Below, piece after piece: positions 18,059 to 27,402 of a stretch of 55,514 bases of DNA. A program made the translations under genes and the position numbers. This DNA is from a virus (taxonomy: Duplodnaviria > Caudoviricetes), in the IMG/VR virus record IMGVR_UViG_3300036766_001792, positions 1 through 55,514 of that record. One strand, given 5' to 3'. The notes beneath the pieces were generated by a model. It was not told the origin of the DNA, did not search any database, and was given only the letters and a program-made list of their open reading frames with translations. Positions within the stretch are counted from its first letter, which is position 1. Each line of letters begins with the position of its first letter.

Positions 18059-18594
18059 TAGATAATACCGGTCCTGGCCTCGGACTCGCGCCTCGATTGC
18101 TCACGCGACAGCGTCGTCAGGTGCGCCTCGTAAATGGCCAGCTGATTCTTCAGCCTGCCGACCCGCGCCTCCCTCTCGATGATGGCGCGCGTCAGGCGCT
18201 TCAGGTCCTCGTTCTCCATGATGGCGACCGACCGCAGTATCTCCTTCACGGCCCGCTTCTCCTTCGCGCGCTGCGCCTCGTCCATCGCCCTGCCGAGCAG
18301 CATGTCGTAGACGGCCTTGAACGCGTCTAGCTCGACCTCCTCCTTGCCAGTCAGCCACAACGTGTAGCCGTGGTAGGCCGACAGCATCAGCCGCAGCCCG
18401 CCGAGCTTCTCGCTCCCGAGGGACCGCGCATCGGTCGGGAAGTCGTACTCCATGCCGAGCCCCGTCGGCCGCTTCGGCGCCGGAAGCCCGTGCTCCTGTA
18501 TGAACTCCTCGGCCTTCCCGGTCGCTACTTGCCAGGTCCAGGGGTCTTCAGCTGGATCCCGAGCCTCTTGAACTGCTTCTTTACCGTCTCCCAT
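18058..18594 (-). CDS. Coiled-coil protein, possible recombination mediator
   Basis: Long helical K/E/R-rich C-terminus next to the exonuclease. Confidence 0.55.
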   Translation of the reverse strand: MGDGKEAVQEARDPAEDPWTWQVATGKAEEFIQEHGLPAPKRPTGLGMEYDFPTDARSLGSEKLGGLRLMLSAYHGYTLWLTGKEEVELDAFKAVYDMLLGRAMDEAQRAKEKRAVKEILRSVAIMENEDLKRLTRAIIEREARVGRLKNQLAIYEAHLTTLSREQSRRESEARTGII

Positions 18595-19367
18595 ATCCCT
18601 GCCTCCCCGTCACTCAACAGGTCGCATACGCCGTCGTGGTCGCACCACTTGCAGCCCCGGTCGCCCTTCGGGAACGAGCGCGCCAGCAGCTCGCCGCCGA
18701 GTATCGCGTCCTGCGCCGCCACGGCCGCCCGCCGCGCCTCCGCGATGTGCTCCGGCGTCGGCTCGACGTAGATTATCCTGAAGTCCTGGTCGTCGGTGTT
18801 CTCTATCAGGAAGAACTTCTCGCCGAACTTTCGGCCGTTGTAGTCGCCATTGACCGAGTACCAGACGAACTGCAGGAACCACTCGCGGTCCCAGGCGTAC
18901 ATGAGCTTCGCGTTGGCGATGCGGTCCGCGGTCGGCCGCGGCAGCGCGGCGAACTTCCGCGAGTTGGTCGTCTTGATCTCCCCGACCGACAGGGCGCCGG
19001 TCGCCGGATTCTGCAAGATCAGGTCTATCTTCCCGCTCACCGTCGGATCGATGCCCCTCAGCGGCCACTCCTTGGCCACGAGGATCCGCATCTCGGAGAA
19101 GTACCGCTGCCACCGCTTGTGGGCGTCCGTCCCGTTGTCCATCCGGCGGCGGTTGCGCGACTTTACCACGCCGCGGTGGCCGAGCATCCACAGCTCTATG
19201 GCCAGCGCGCAGGGCGGACCGGATCCGCTGGGGTGGATCGTGTAGTCCGGCTGGACCCACCGCTCGGGGGACTTGGTCGCGAAGTAGTTGTCCACCACCC
19301 GGCTGAGCCAGTCATCCGAACCCAGCTGCCGCAGCAGCCTGCCGATGCCCCCGCCCTTTGTTGCCAT
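18525..19367 (-). CDS. Cas4-like PD-(D/E)XK exonuclease
   Basis: HPS...C, GTDAH, GKID, EIKT, Q...Y, CKWCDHDGVC. Confidence 0.85.
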   Translation of the reverse strand: MATKGGGIGRLLRQLGSDDWLSRVVDNYFATKSPERWVQPDYTIHPSGSGPPCALAIELWMLGHRGVVKSRNRRRMDNGTDAHKRWQRYFSEMRILVAKEWPLRGIDPTVSGKIDLILQNPATGALSVGEIKTTNSRKFAALPRPTADRIANAKLMYAWDREWFLQFVWYSVNGDYNGRKFGEKFFLIENTDDQDFRIIYVEPTPEHIAEARRAAVAAQDAILGGELLARSFPKGDRGCKWCDHDGVCDLLSDGEAGIWETVKKQFKRLGIQLKTPGPGK

Positions 19368-19378
19368 CCGGCCTCCCT

Positions 19379-19828
19379 CTATACGCTGCCCGCCAGGACC
19401 TCGAGCACCGTCTCTGCGTCCTCGAGCGACTCGACGATGACGCTGGCCGACTGCTCGACGAACGCGTGGCTGTGCAGCTTGTCGTCGTGCGCCATGACGA
19501 CGAGCACGAACTTCCCGAGCATGTATCCCCAGGCGAGCTCGAACATCGTCCCGATGCTTACGCGCTCGGCGCCCAGCAGGTTGGCCAGCACGACATCGGC
19601 GCGCTCGACGTCGAACGAGTCCCGGCGCACGAGCGCCTTGTCGGTCGATGTCGGGTTATCGTACCCGTGCGTCCGCAATCGCCTGATGCGCGACAGGAAC
19701 TCCTTGCCGCGCATCGGACTGTACACGTTGTACCCAAGCTCGAGCGCCCGCTCGGCGAACTTCTTGCGCCAGTCGGTCGCCCCCTTGTACGTGCAGCCCG
19801 CTATCGGGCCCGCCAAATAGATGTTCAT
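19379..19828 (-). CDS. Nucleoside 2-deoxyribosyltransferase / DNPH1-MilB-like nucleotide N-hydrolase
   Basis: IYLAGPI, RD...ADVVLANL, SIGTMFELAW. Confidence 0.85.
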   Translation of the reverse strand: MNIYLAGPIAGCTYKGATDWRKKFAERALELGYNVYSPMRGKEFLSRIRRLRTHGYDNPTSTDKALVRRDSFDVERADVVLANLLGAERVSIGTMFELAWGYMLGKFVLVVMAHDDKLHSHAFVEQSASVIVESLEDAETVLEVLAGSV

Positions 19829-20106
19829 GACAGAAACTCCTCGGGATAGGCATTCCCATTCTCGGCTATCTTCTTGTCCTCGTATGGATGCTGCACGAGC
19901 CTCTGGAACTCGTCCTTGGCGTTCTCCAGCGCGCCGACGATGTCGTTGCAAGTCCGGTAGCGCAGGCCGTGCTTCGCGAGGTACCCGATGATGACCTCCG
20001 TCAACGCCCAATTGAGCCCGCCCGATTCCTCGGATCCCTCGCCGTTCCTGCGCCCCTCCTGGCGCGGGTCTATGTCGTCGCGCTGCTTCTGTGCGATGTG
20101 CGGCAC
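19825..20106 (-). CDS. DUF6899-like protein
   Basis: GGLNWALT...NDIVGALENAKDEFQR...PYEDKKIAENG; family recalled from pattern. Confidence 0.7.
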   Translation of the reverse strand: MPHIAQKQRDDIDPRQEGRRNGEGSEESGGLNWALTEVIIGYLAKHGLRYRTCNDIVGALENAKDEFQRLVQHPYEDKKIAENGNAYPEEFLS

Positions 20107-20108
20107 GC

Positions 20109-20990
20109 CTATACCCCCTCCCCTTTTAGCATCTCCCTGATGGCGGCCTCGAAGAACGCCGGCCACCGCTCGAAGATCTTCGGGACGTTGAGCATCAGTA
20201 CGTACTCTGCTTTCAAGCCGCACCGGTACGCCGAAAGCACGAGGGTCGCATACATCTGCAGTTCCTCGAGCGTCGCGCCCTCCGGCATCGGCGCGTCGTA
20301 GTCTGGCCACCTTCCGCCGTACTGCTCCGCGATCCTGGCGGCCTTCTCGTGGTTGGTGTCGTAGAGGTGCAGCGACCCGGCCACGTGCGTGTACTGCCCG
20401 AGTCTCAGCCCCAAGTCGGTGGCGAGCGCCTCCTGCAGCACCGTGAACATCACGACGTCATACGGCCACCCCAGCCAGACGTCGTTGGACCTCATGTAGG
20501 TGATGAGCTCGAGCGCGCCGTCCCGCACCATGAAGTGCAGGCTGACTGTGCATGGCACGTCGCGCGACTCGCGGTGGTCGACCGGTCCGAAGATCGTGAT
20601 GACGGCCTGCCTGGTGTCCGGGTCGCGCCTCAGCAGATCCCTGACGTACGGCAGTTGCGGGCCGACGCGCGGGCCGTATGCGCCGTCGAGCTCGCCCGTC
20701 TCCTGGTTGACGAAGCCTGCGTATTGCGGCGCCGCTTTCACCAGCAGTCCCGGGTCGCTTACGCCGGCCAGGAGCATCAGCGCCTCGAGGTAGCCGAGCA
20801 GCTTAGACAGCTTGCGCTCCGGCACCTGGATCCACCTCGCGCGCGGATTCTCCAAGACGAGGGTCGCCGGTCGCAGCTCGACCGTACCAATCCCGCGTGG
20901 GCTCACCCTCTCGCCGCGCTCGACCAACGCCGCGAGAGCCCTGAGCCAGAGCTGCGTAGCGTCGGAGCCTACGAAAGTCTCAGGTTTCAC
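20109..20990 (-). CDS. Thymidylate synthase homologue, probable dCMP C5-modifying enzyme
   Basis: DTRQAV, DVPCT, MRSND..LGWPYD, HVAGSLHLY. Confidence 0.9.
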   Translation of the reverse strand: MKPETFVGSDATQLWLRALAALVERGERVSPRGIGTVELRPATLVLENPRARWIQVPERKLSKLLGYLEALMLLAGVSDPGLLVKAAPQYAGFVNQETGELDGAYGPRVGPQLPYVRDLLRRDPDTRQAVITIFGPVDHRESRDVPCTVSLHFMVRDGALELITYMRSNDVWLGWPYDVVMFTVLQEALATDLGLRLGQYTHVAGSLHLYDTNHEKAARIAEQYGGRWPDYDAPMPEGATLEELQMYATLVLSAYRCGLKAEYVLMLNVPKIFERWPAFFEAAIREMLKGEGV

Positions 20991-20992
20991 GC

Positions 20993-22054
20993 CTACCCTC
21001 CCTCATGGTTGACTATGCCGCAGAAGCCGCATTGCCCCTCTTCCCACGGCCGGGCGCCGCTGATGGCAGCACCATACCTGGCGACGTCCTTGTAGTGGGA
21101 CCGCCGCACGTGCGACAGGCTCGGCACCATCCTGTAGCCGTATGCCGCCTCGACACTCGACAACTCGGCCGCCGCGTTCCGCCCGAGCGCGACCACGTCG
21201 AGTCCCAGCCTCGACGACGGCGACAGCAGCTTGTCCGGCAGATCCAGCGAATATGTGGCCAGAGTCCGCTCGTCGCCCTGCACCGAGTTAAACAGGCAGA
21301 TGTCGCCGAGCTTGAGCCCGGCGGCCTTCAGCGCCATATACAGATACCGGTCCGACTCCGCGTCCAGCGCGAGGCCGGTCGACCGCCTGCTGACCCGCTC
21401 CATGAAGCGCTGCCCGCGGCCCCTTGCCAGGGCGCGCCCGTACCAGTGCGGCCTGTCCGCGACCAGCACCAGGCTGGGGTCAACCGTGTTGCCGAGGGCG
21501 TCGAACTCCGGCAGGCCGGACCGCCTCCTGTGCATGCTGTAGAGCATGGACTCGGCGTAAGCCGCGGCGGCATCGAAGACGTGGCCGCAGCTCGTGTAGT
21601 CGTACCGCACGGACAGCAGCTCGGTCGTCTTGATCTTCTCCTCGTAGAGGCGTCTGACCTCCGCCCGCTTGCCGGGGTCCTCGTAGATCACCGCGTCCGC
21701 GTTGTTGGGTCCGCGCGCGAGGTTGCGGTCCACGACTTCTGGCGGGACCGTGCAGTGGACGAGTAGCGCGCCATGCGCCCAGAGGAAACCCTCGAGCAGC
21801 CACTCCTCGAACTCCGTCAAATCTGGCGTGTTGCGGAAAGCGAGCCCGTAGCAGTAGCTCCCGAGGTGCAGCCTGTCGACCACGGCCGGCCCCTCGACGG
21901 ATCGCAGCGTCTGGAGGTAGTACTCGAGCGCCGGCCTGTCCGGCGGCCCACAATGCGCGTAGCTGGCGCCAGTCCGCCTCATGATCTCCTCGGCCAGCGT
22001 CGTCTTGCCGGTCCCGTCAGCCCCCTCGAGCACGATGTAAGGCCCGTATCTCAC
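20993..22054 (-). CDS. dNMP (thymidylate-like) kinase fused to a UDG-like domain
   Basis: IVLEGADGTGKTT, VDR; C-terminal LVLVADRP...LFNS...VVALGRNA. Confidence 0.8.
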   Translation of the reverse strand: MRYGPYIVLEGADGTGKTTLAEEIMRRTGASYAHCGPPDRPALEYYLQTLRSVEGPAVVDRLHLGSYCYGLAFRNTPDLTEFEEWLLEGFLWAHGALLVHCTVPPEVVDRNLARGPNNADAVIYEDPGKRAEVRRLYEEKIKTTELLSVRYDYTSCGHVFDAAAAYAESMLYSMHRRRSGLPEFDALGNTVDPSLVLVADRPHWYGRALARGRGQRFMERVSRRSTGLALDAESDRYLYMALKAAGLKLGDICLFNSVQGDERTLATYSLDLPDKLLSPSSRLGLDVVALGRNAAAELSSVEAAYGYRMVPSLSHVRRSHYKDVARYGAAISGARPWEEGQCGFCGIVNHEGG

Positions 22055-22356
22055 GCGTTCCCTCCTACATTATGATACCCGCGCGGCCCGCTGAGCAGCT
22101 CGTATCCCCTGTGCCCGCCGGACACCAGTCGCCGAAGCAGAATCTTCGTGCGCCGGTTCGTGGCCAGGCGGAGGACGACGGCATGCGTCATGCCCCGCAG
22201 CGGCCGATCGTCCCGGAAATAGGCCCAGGCCGGCTCGTCGGCGTAGCCGAACCCCACGACCTCGAACTCGCCCTTGCCGTAGCCGCGGTCGTCATTGTCC
22301 CGCCACACCTGGCCGCGCCTGACATCGGTATCGCGGTAGATGCTGGGCTCACCCAT
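22051..22356 (-). CDS. Hypothetical phage protein
   Basis: VRRGQVWRDND...GYELL. Confidence 0.6.
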   Translation of the reverse strand: MGEPSIYRDTDVRRGQVWRDNDDRGYGKGEFEVVGFGYADEPAWAYFRDDRPLRGMTHAVVLRLATNRRTKILLRRLVSGGHRGYELLSGPRGYHNVGGNA

Positions 22357-22814
22357 CAGTACCCGTCCTCCTGTCGCTTCTTGTTGACGGCGGCCTTCGC
22401 GAGATAGAGCGCGCCCAGGTCGTACTCCGACTCCACCTCAATGATCAGGAGCGCCTCCAGCAGGAAGTGCAGGATGTCGACCAGCTCCTCGATGACGCCG
22501 GCCTCCTCCTCGTCGGTTAGCTCGCGGCCGTAGTCGCCCTTCCACCGCTTCCACGGCAGCCATGCCTTCAGCTCCGACGCCTCCATCATGATAGCGTCGG
22601 CCATCTCGACGAGTCGCAGCGATGCCGGAAGATCCGACTCGCCCAGCCGCTCCTGTATCGCGTCGAGGACGCTCCGCTGCTCGTCGAGTATGATCTGCAG
22701 AACCCCGTCCCTCGGTGGCCACACGGCGTGCGCGCCCTGCAGCCTGTGCTTGAGCAGCATCAGCCCGCCGTCGTAGTCGAGCTCCCCATGACTCTCCCTC
22801 AACCGGTCACCCAT
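22356..22814 (-). CDS. All-alpha dimeric dUTPase/dCTPase (MazG-like)
   Basis: EASEL..LPWKRWK, EELVDILHF, Y..K..VN..RQEDGY. Confidence 0.85.
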   Translation of the reverse strand: MGDRLRESHGELDYDGGLMLLKHRLQGAHAVWPPRDGVLQIILDEQRSVLDAIQERLGESDLPASLRLVEMADAIMMEASELKAWLPWKRWKGDYGRELTDEEEAGVIEELVDILHFLLEALLIIEVESEYDLGALYLAKAAVNKKRQEDGY

Positions 22815-23185
22815 CTGCCGCGTGCCCTCCTCTCCTCCGTGTCCTCCGAATGCGAATCGACGAACTCGTGTATCCGCATGTTCAAAGCAGGTCTATTGGC
22901 CGCCTTGAGCTCCAGCTCGCTGACCCGCAGGATCGGGATCCCGGCGTTGACCAGTATCCAGATGTCCCGCTCGGCGTCGCGCTTCCGCTTCCGCGGCCCT
23001 GCGTGCGCCGCCTTGCCGTCTGCCTCCAGGCCGACCCAGAGCTCGTCCACCAGGACGTCGAGCACGTACCACCCGACCCTGACCTCGGCCCGCACCTCCA
23101 GCCCCATACCCCTCAGCAGGTCCATGAGGCGCCTGTGCGGCCGCGTCAGCGCAGTCTGCGGCGGCTCACGGTCCCAGACGGGCAT
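22799..23185 (-). CDS. DUF559 / Vsr-like endonuclease
   Basis: YVLDV..GLEADG..H...DAERD..GIPILRV. Confidence 0.8.
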   Translation of the reverse strand: MPVWDREPPQTALTRPHRRLMDLLRGMGLEVRAEVRVGWYVLDVLVDELWVGLEADGKAAHAGPRKRKRDAERDIWILVNAGIPILRVSELELKAANRPALNMRIHEFVDSHSEDTEERRARGRWVTG

Positions 23186-23351
23186 CCTCCGCCTTCGGGT
23201 GCTGCTTTCCCTGCCGCCGCTTGCCGGCCTTGTTCTTGCCGCGCGTCAGGATGCGCGGGATCTCGTCCACATAGAGGAGGCACTCGCCGCGCTCCACGTG
23301 GTCGCCGCGCCCGCCCTCGCGCTTCAGGATGATGGTCAACTTCTGTCGCAT
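23166..23351 (-). CDS. Small hypothetical protein
   Basis: Abuts the recA stop. Confidence 0.45.
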   Translation of the reverse strand: MRQKLTIILKREGGRGDHVERGECLLYVDEIPRILTRGKNKAGKRRQGKQHPKAEDARLGP

Positions 23352-24346
23352 CAGAACTCCGGGACCTCCGCTATTCTCCGCCGCAGCTCTGCCTGCAGCC
23401 CCTCGTCTGCCGATATGGCCTCCCTGAGCTTCGCCATCCCAATTATCCGGTCGCCGTTTGGCAGCGTGTACGTCGCGCCCCTCTTAGTGACGATCCCGAG
23501 CTCGACGGCCATCGGGGCCATCGCGGCAGCCTCGTCCATCTGACCGGTGAAGAAGAACGGAATGCTCCCCTCCCGCCACGGCTCGCCCAGCTTCGACTTC
23601 TCTACCCGTATCATGAGCATGTATCCGATGCGCCGCTTGTGGTCGCCGGTGCCCTCCTCGATCCAGTCCCCGCGCCTCACGCGCACAAGCTGGCTCGCGA
23701 CGAACTTCTGCCCCTTGCCGCCGGGCAGGACCTCCGGGTTCCCGTACCTGACGCCTACGGCCGACCGGAGCTGGTTTATGAGGATGACGACGGTCTTCTC
23801 GTTGGCGAGCGTGACCTTGCGCAACCCCTTGTTGACGAGGCGCGCCTGGGCGCCGACCTGGAGATCATCCATCCCGCCCTCGGCCTCCGCCGTCGGAACG
23901 AGCTGCGCGATGCTATCCATGACGACTACACCGACGCCAGCGAGGCACATCTGCTCGACCATGTCCCAAGCCTGCTCGCCGGATCGTGGCCGCGCGACGA
24001 GCAGGTCGTCGGTGTTCACCCCCAAGGTCTTCGCCCACTCCGGGTCGTATGACTTCTCCACGTCCACGAAGCACGTGGTGAGCCCCTTGGCCTGCGCCTC
24101 CTTGATCGCCATGTACGCGAGCAGCGTCTTGCCGGAGGAGAACTCCCCTATCAGCATCGCGATGCGGCCGAAGGCGAAGCCGCCGCCCATGGCCGCGTCG
24201 AACGGCGCGATCCCGGTCGGCAGCCACTCGATCACTAGGCGCTCGTCGCTGCCCCAGAAGAGCATGCCGCCGGCGGACTTGTTCTTCGACAGCTCGGCCC
24301 TCAGGATCTCCAGTCCGGCCCTGTCCAGCACCTTGTCGTCGCTCAT
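23351..24346 (-). CDS. recA: RecA/UvsX recombinase
   Basis: GEFSSGKT, VVMDSIA, VGAQARL, INQLR, PGGKG. Confidence 0.95.
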   Translation of the reverse strand: MSDDKVLDRAGLEILRAELSKNKSAGGMLFWGSDERLVIEWLPTGIAPFDAAMGGGFAFGRIAMLIGEFSSGKTLLAYMAIKEAQAKGLTTCFVDVEKSYDPEWAKTLGVNTDDLLVARPRSGEQAWDMVEQMCLAGVGVVVMDSIAQLVPTAEAEGGMDDLQVGAQARLVNKGLRKVTLANEKTVVILINQLRSAVGVRYGNPEVLPGGKGQKFVASQLVRVRRGDWIEEGTGDHKRRIGYMLMIRVEKSKLGEPWREGSIPFFFTGQMDEAAAMAPMAVELGIVTKRGATYTLPNGDRIIGMAKLREAISADEGLQAELRRRIAEVPEF

Positions 24347-24552
24347 ACACTCTTCAACCCGGCCTTCAGCGCGTTGGCCGGCGTCATGACGAAGTCCTGG
24401 TCGACGTGGCACACCTTACAGGCGAACCTAACCTTGAGCGCCTCCACCGCGGCGTCCGACAGGCGCATAATCTTGCGCGGCCTCTCGAACTCCCGCTCGC
24501 GCCCATCGCACTGGTCGGAGTGGCAACGCGACTTGAACGGCGTCAGGCCCAC
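24343..24552 (-). CDS. Small Zn-binding protein
   Basis: CHSDQC...CKVC. Confidence 0.5.
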   Translation of the reverse strand: MGLTPFKSRCHSDQCDGREREFERPRKIMRLSDAAVEALKVRFACKVCHVDQDFVMTPANALKAGLKSV

Positions 24553-24803
24553 AGTATGAACCCCAGCGTTATCGTCGTCACGATCGTGGCCAAGCCGTTC
24601 GCCACGAGCAGCCCGACCTTGCCGGTCGCGGCCCCGAGGACCGTGAACGCGACGCACCCGACCAGCAGGAACGAGAACGCCGGCAGCGACAGCCCGGCCG
24701 TCTCCCTGGTCCGCAGCAGGTTCCACAGGTGGAACGCATAGAACGCGAGCAGGCCGAGCATGCCGACCTTGTCGCTCAATCCGATGATGCTAGCCTTGTT
24801 CAC
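24543..24803 (-). CDS. SemiSWEET/PQ-loop-like 3-TM protein
   Basis: 86 aa, three TMs, RTRETAGLS and LLVANG pattern; PQ absent. Confidence 0.65.
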   Translation of the reverse strand: MNKASIIGLSDKVGMLGLLAFYAFHLWNLLRTRETAGLSLPAFSFLLVGCVAFTVLGAATGKVGLLVANGLATIVTTITLGFILWA

Positions 24804-25191
24804 CGACAGCCCCCTTCTTCGCCTTCGCCTTCTTCGGCTTCTTCGGCTTCTCCAGCGCGGCCTTGTGCTTGCGCACCTCCTCCGCGATGTTCTTGACGCT
24901 CGGTCCGACCACGGACATGAACGCCTCCAGGGCAGCGAGCCGCTCGCGGACGCCGACCCCGGCCTGCCCGCCCGCGCCGACGGACAGCATCTCCGTGACG
25001 CGAACCTCTATCTCGCTGTCTATTGCGAGCCACGCCGCCCGGCCGGCCGCGAGCGCCTGCTCCAGCTGGGGCTCCAGCGGCTGGTCCAGCCGCACGTTGC
25101 GGATCTCCAGCTGCGGCTTCAGGTTGCCGTAGTCTCCGGTCGGGATCGTGGCCCCGAGCGAGACCGAGACCATCAGCGGCTCCTCGGCCAT
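24790..25191 (-). CDS. Hypothetical protein
   Basis: GATIPTGDYGNLK; K-rich tail. Confidence 0.6.
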   Translation of the reverse strand: MAEEPLMVSVSLGATIPTGDYGNLKPQLEIRNVRLDQPLEPQLEQALAAGRAAWLAIDSEIEVRVTEMLSVGAGGQAGVGVRERLAALEAFMSVVGPSVKNIAEEVRKHKAALEKPKKPKKAKAKKGAVGEQG

Positions 25192-25928
25192 CAGAACGTC
25201 GTCACCTCGTCGAGGCCTGCGGCACTTGGACCCTGCGGCCCCGGCGCCGACTCGACGACCGCCTGCTGCGGCGCGCCAGGCTTGCGGTCTCCGAACTCCT
25301 CGAGGACAACCTCCTCGAGCGGCCTCAGCTCCGCCATCGCCTTCTGGCATGCCGCGCTCGGCGGCGCCGCGTCCTTCCCGATGAGCGTGTACGAGACCGG
25401 TCCCTTGCCCGTCACGCCCTGCCGCTCGAGCTCCCAGTCGCGGTCCACGAGCGACCCGTTCTCACCGTACCGCTTGACGACGGTGTCTATCATCCGGTCG
25501 CGGAGCAGCCACAGGCGCAGCTCGTTGACCGTCTCGATGTAGACGTTGAGCAGCCCGCGCTTGCCGAGCGTCCAGCTGCCGTCCTGCGCCGGGCTGTTGT
25601 GCGCTATCGCCTCGACGAAGACCCAGAGCACGGCCTTTGGCTTCACGTACAGGCCGGCGACGCACTGCGCGCACGACTCGACCGGGTCGATGAAGTTCCA
25701 GTCGTCGTCCAACCTACGCGAGCAGATCACGTCCTTCGTGAAGTCCTTCCTGGTGGACTGGACCTTCACCTCGTGGAAGACGTGGCTGAACATCGCGTCC
25801 CCCTCGGTCAAGACCCGGAACTTGGCCACGTCGCCGTCCCCGGTCAGCCACAGCTTCCGTATCCTCCCGCCCTGGTACGCGAACCGGTCGCGCATCCCCA
25901 TCAGGTAGTTGAGTCCCCTCTCACCCAT
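25191..25928 (-). CDS. Single-stranded DNA-binding protein (gp32-like)
   Basis: FRVL..H..C...CAQC Zn site, DWELERQG, acidic tail ending in F. Confidence 0.7.
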   Translation of the reverse strand: MGERGLNYLMGMRDRFAYQGGRIRKLWLTGDGDVAKFRVLTEGDAMFSHVFHEVKVQSTRKDFTKDVICSRRLDDDWNFIDPVESCAQCVAGLYVKPKAVLWVFVEAIAHNSPAQDGSWTLGKRGLLNVYIETVNELRLWLLRDRMIDTVVKRYGENGSLVDRDWELERQGVTGKGPVSYTLIGKDAAPPSAACQKAMAELRPLEEVVLEEFGDRKPGAPQQAVVESAPGPQGPSAAGLDEVTTF

Positions 25929-25957
25929 GTCGATACCTCCTGTATGCCGTTCCGTCT

Positions 25958-26584
25958 CTACGTTATCTGCTCGGCCCGCACCCAGCGCGCCGCCGAGGTC
26001 GCGTTCCGCACCGGCTTGCCGTCCCGGCCCACCGGGATCCTGAGCCCGTTCCGCCACTCGCGCAGCTCCTCTGCGAGCTCCTGCTTGAGCTCCGCCCGGG
26101 CCGCCCGCCGCTGCGCCGCGGTCAGTCTGATGTCGACCGGCGTGCGCTGCTCGCAGTGCTGGCCCAGCGTACGCCAACTGATGTATGCGCGCGCGACCGG
26201 GCTGAGTCTATTGAGCCTGTCCATGAACTCGGCCGACTCAGCAAGCCTATCCGGCCCCGGGCTGGGATCCGGGATCTGACGGAGCCCCGGGTCGTCGTCA
26301 TAGAGCTCGCCCATGCCGCAGAGAAACAGCGAGCTGTACTCCGCCAGCAGCCCGCGCCTGACGAGTCCCCTCGTCAGCACCTTCCCGAGGTGGTTTGCCA
26401 CCGCCGACCTGAAGTAGAAGAAGAACGGTACGCCCGACGCCGGGTCATACCCGCGGACGCACTTGACGAGCACGTGGTATATCTCGCCGCGCTTGTCGTC
26501 GTCGTCGCAGCCGGGGATGCCCCACCGCCGGACCGTCGCCGCTATGAACGGCTCGTACTGCCGGGCGAACTCCGTAGGGTCCAT
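25958..26584 (-). CDS. Sigma70-family RNA polymerase sigma factor
   Basis: YEPFI...DDDDK.GE...YDPASGVPFFFY...N (region 2), LNRLSP (region 4). Confidence 0.8.
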   Translation of the reverse strand: MDPTEFARQYEPFIAATVRRWGIPGCDDDDKRGEIYHVLVKCVRGYDPASGVPFFFYFRSAVANHLGKVLTRGLVRRGLLAEYSSLFLCGMGELYDDDPGLRQIPDPSPGPDRLAESAEFMDRLNRLSPVARAYISWRTLGQHCEQRTPVDIRLTAAQRRAARAELKQELAEELREWRNGLRIPVGRDGKPVRNATSAARWVRAEQIT

Positions 26585-26585
26585 G

Positions 26586-27323
26586 TTACACGTCCCCCGC
26601 CACGCCCCTGTCGAACTCCGCCCGCCGCGTCTCCGGCACGCGCGCCCGTATCGCGTCCACGTCCTGGTGCTTGAGCCCAGGCCTGAACCCCAGGTCGACC
26701 AGCTCCCAGCACAGCGCGTTGTTGGATATGAGGCGCCGCGTCGGGTGCCCCTCGTCCGAGCTGACGGCGCGTATCTCCTGGCTCATGAGCTGCATGCGGA
26801 ACACTGCGCGGTCCTCGGCGTGGAACGAGATCTTCCAGCTGAACCAGACGTATCGCCTGCGGCTCTTCGGGACGTCTATCTCGCCCTCGAGGATGCCAGG
26901 CGTGTCGTAGTCTATGGCCCTACCGGTGAGGATCCGGTACATGTCTTGGAACCTGTCGATGTCGTGCGGCGGTATGGTGCACGTGAAGTTGCTCGCGTTG
27001 GCCGCGAGTAGCCCCACGGTCCGGTAGTAGAGCGGGGTCCGCGCCCAATCGGCCTTGGCCGGGCGGAACATCTGGGACGCCGAATTGCGTCGCTGACGCC
27101 TCGACGACTCCGGCGGCCTTGTCCTCAGCATCTCCGTGCGCGCGGCGTTCTCTACTATCCGCTTCTGCACGGCGAGGCTTGTCTCGACCCTGATGCCGGG
27201 TCTGTTGGCGTACTCGACGAAGAGCCTGTCCCCGTCAATCTTGATAGCCGTGTACTCGCCCAGCTTGTTTCTATACCTACTGCCTACCTGAATGCTCACA
27301 TGACCACTCCATTCAGTATCCAT
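26586..27323 (-). CDS. Hypothetical protein
   Basis: Own promoter and RBS; N-terminal SH3-like VGSRYRNKLGEY. Confidence 0.65.
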   Translation of the reverse strand: MDTEWSGHVSIQVGSRYRNKLGEYTAIKIDGDRLFVEYANRPGIRVETSLAVQKRIVENAARTEMLRTRPPESSRRQRRNSASQMFRPAKADWARTPLYYRTVGLLAANASNFTCTIPPHDIDRFQDMYRILTGRAIDYDTPGILEGEIDVPKSRRRYVWFSWKISFHAEDRAVFRMQLMSQEIRAVSSDEGHPTRRLISNNALCWELVDLGFRPGLKHQDVDAIRARVPETRRAEFDRGVAGDV

Positions 27324-27343
27324 TGCCTAACCAACCTTTCCTT

Positions 27344-27356
27344 ATCATATTATACC
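27344..27356 (-). promoter_or_regulatory. Putative promoter GGTATAATATGAT
   Basis: AT-rich intergenic; identical 13-mer at 37932-37944. Confidence 0.65.
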
Positions 27357-27402
27357 ACGATCGGGTGGTCAAAAGTAGCCCTAAAAGCGGTATCATTCGA
27401 AA

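Noticed and set aside
18525-19367. Cas4 as a sign of CRISPR-Cas
   Set aside because: No cas1/cas2 or repeat-spacer array; solo Cas4-like nucleases are common in phages.
20109-20990. Plain thyA annotation
   Set aside because: RSND and PYD replace the RSxD/PFN dUMP-specific pattern, so the gene symbol was withheld.
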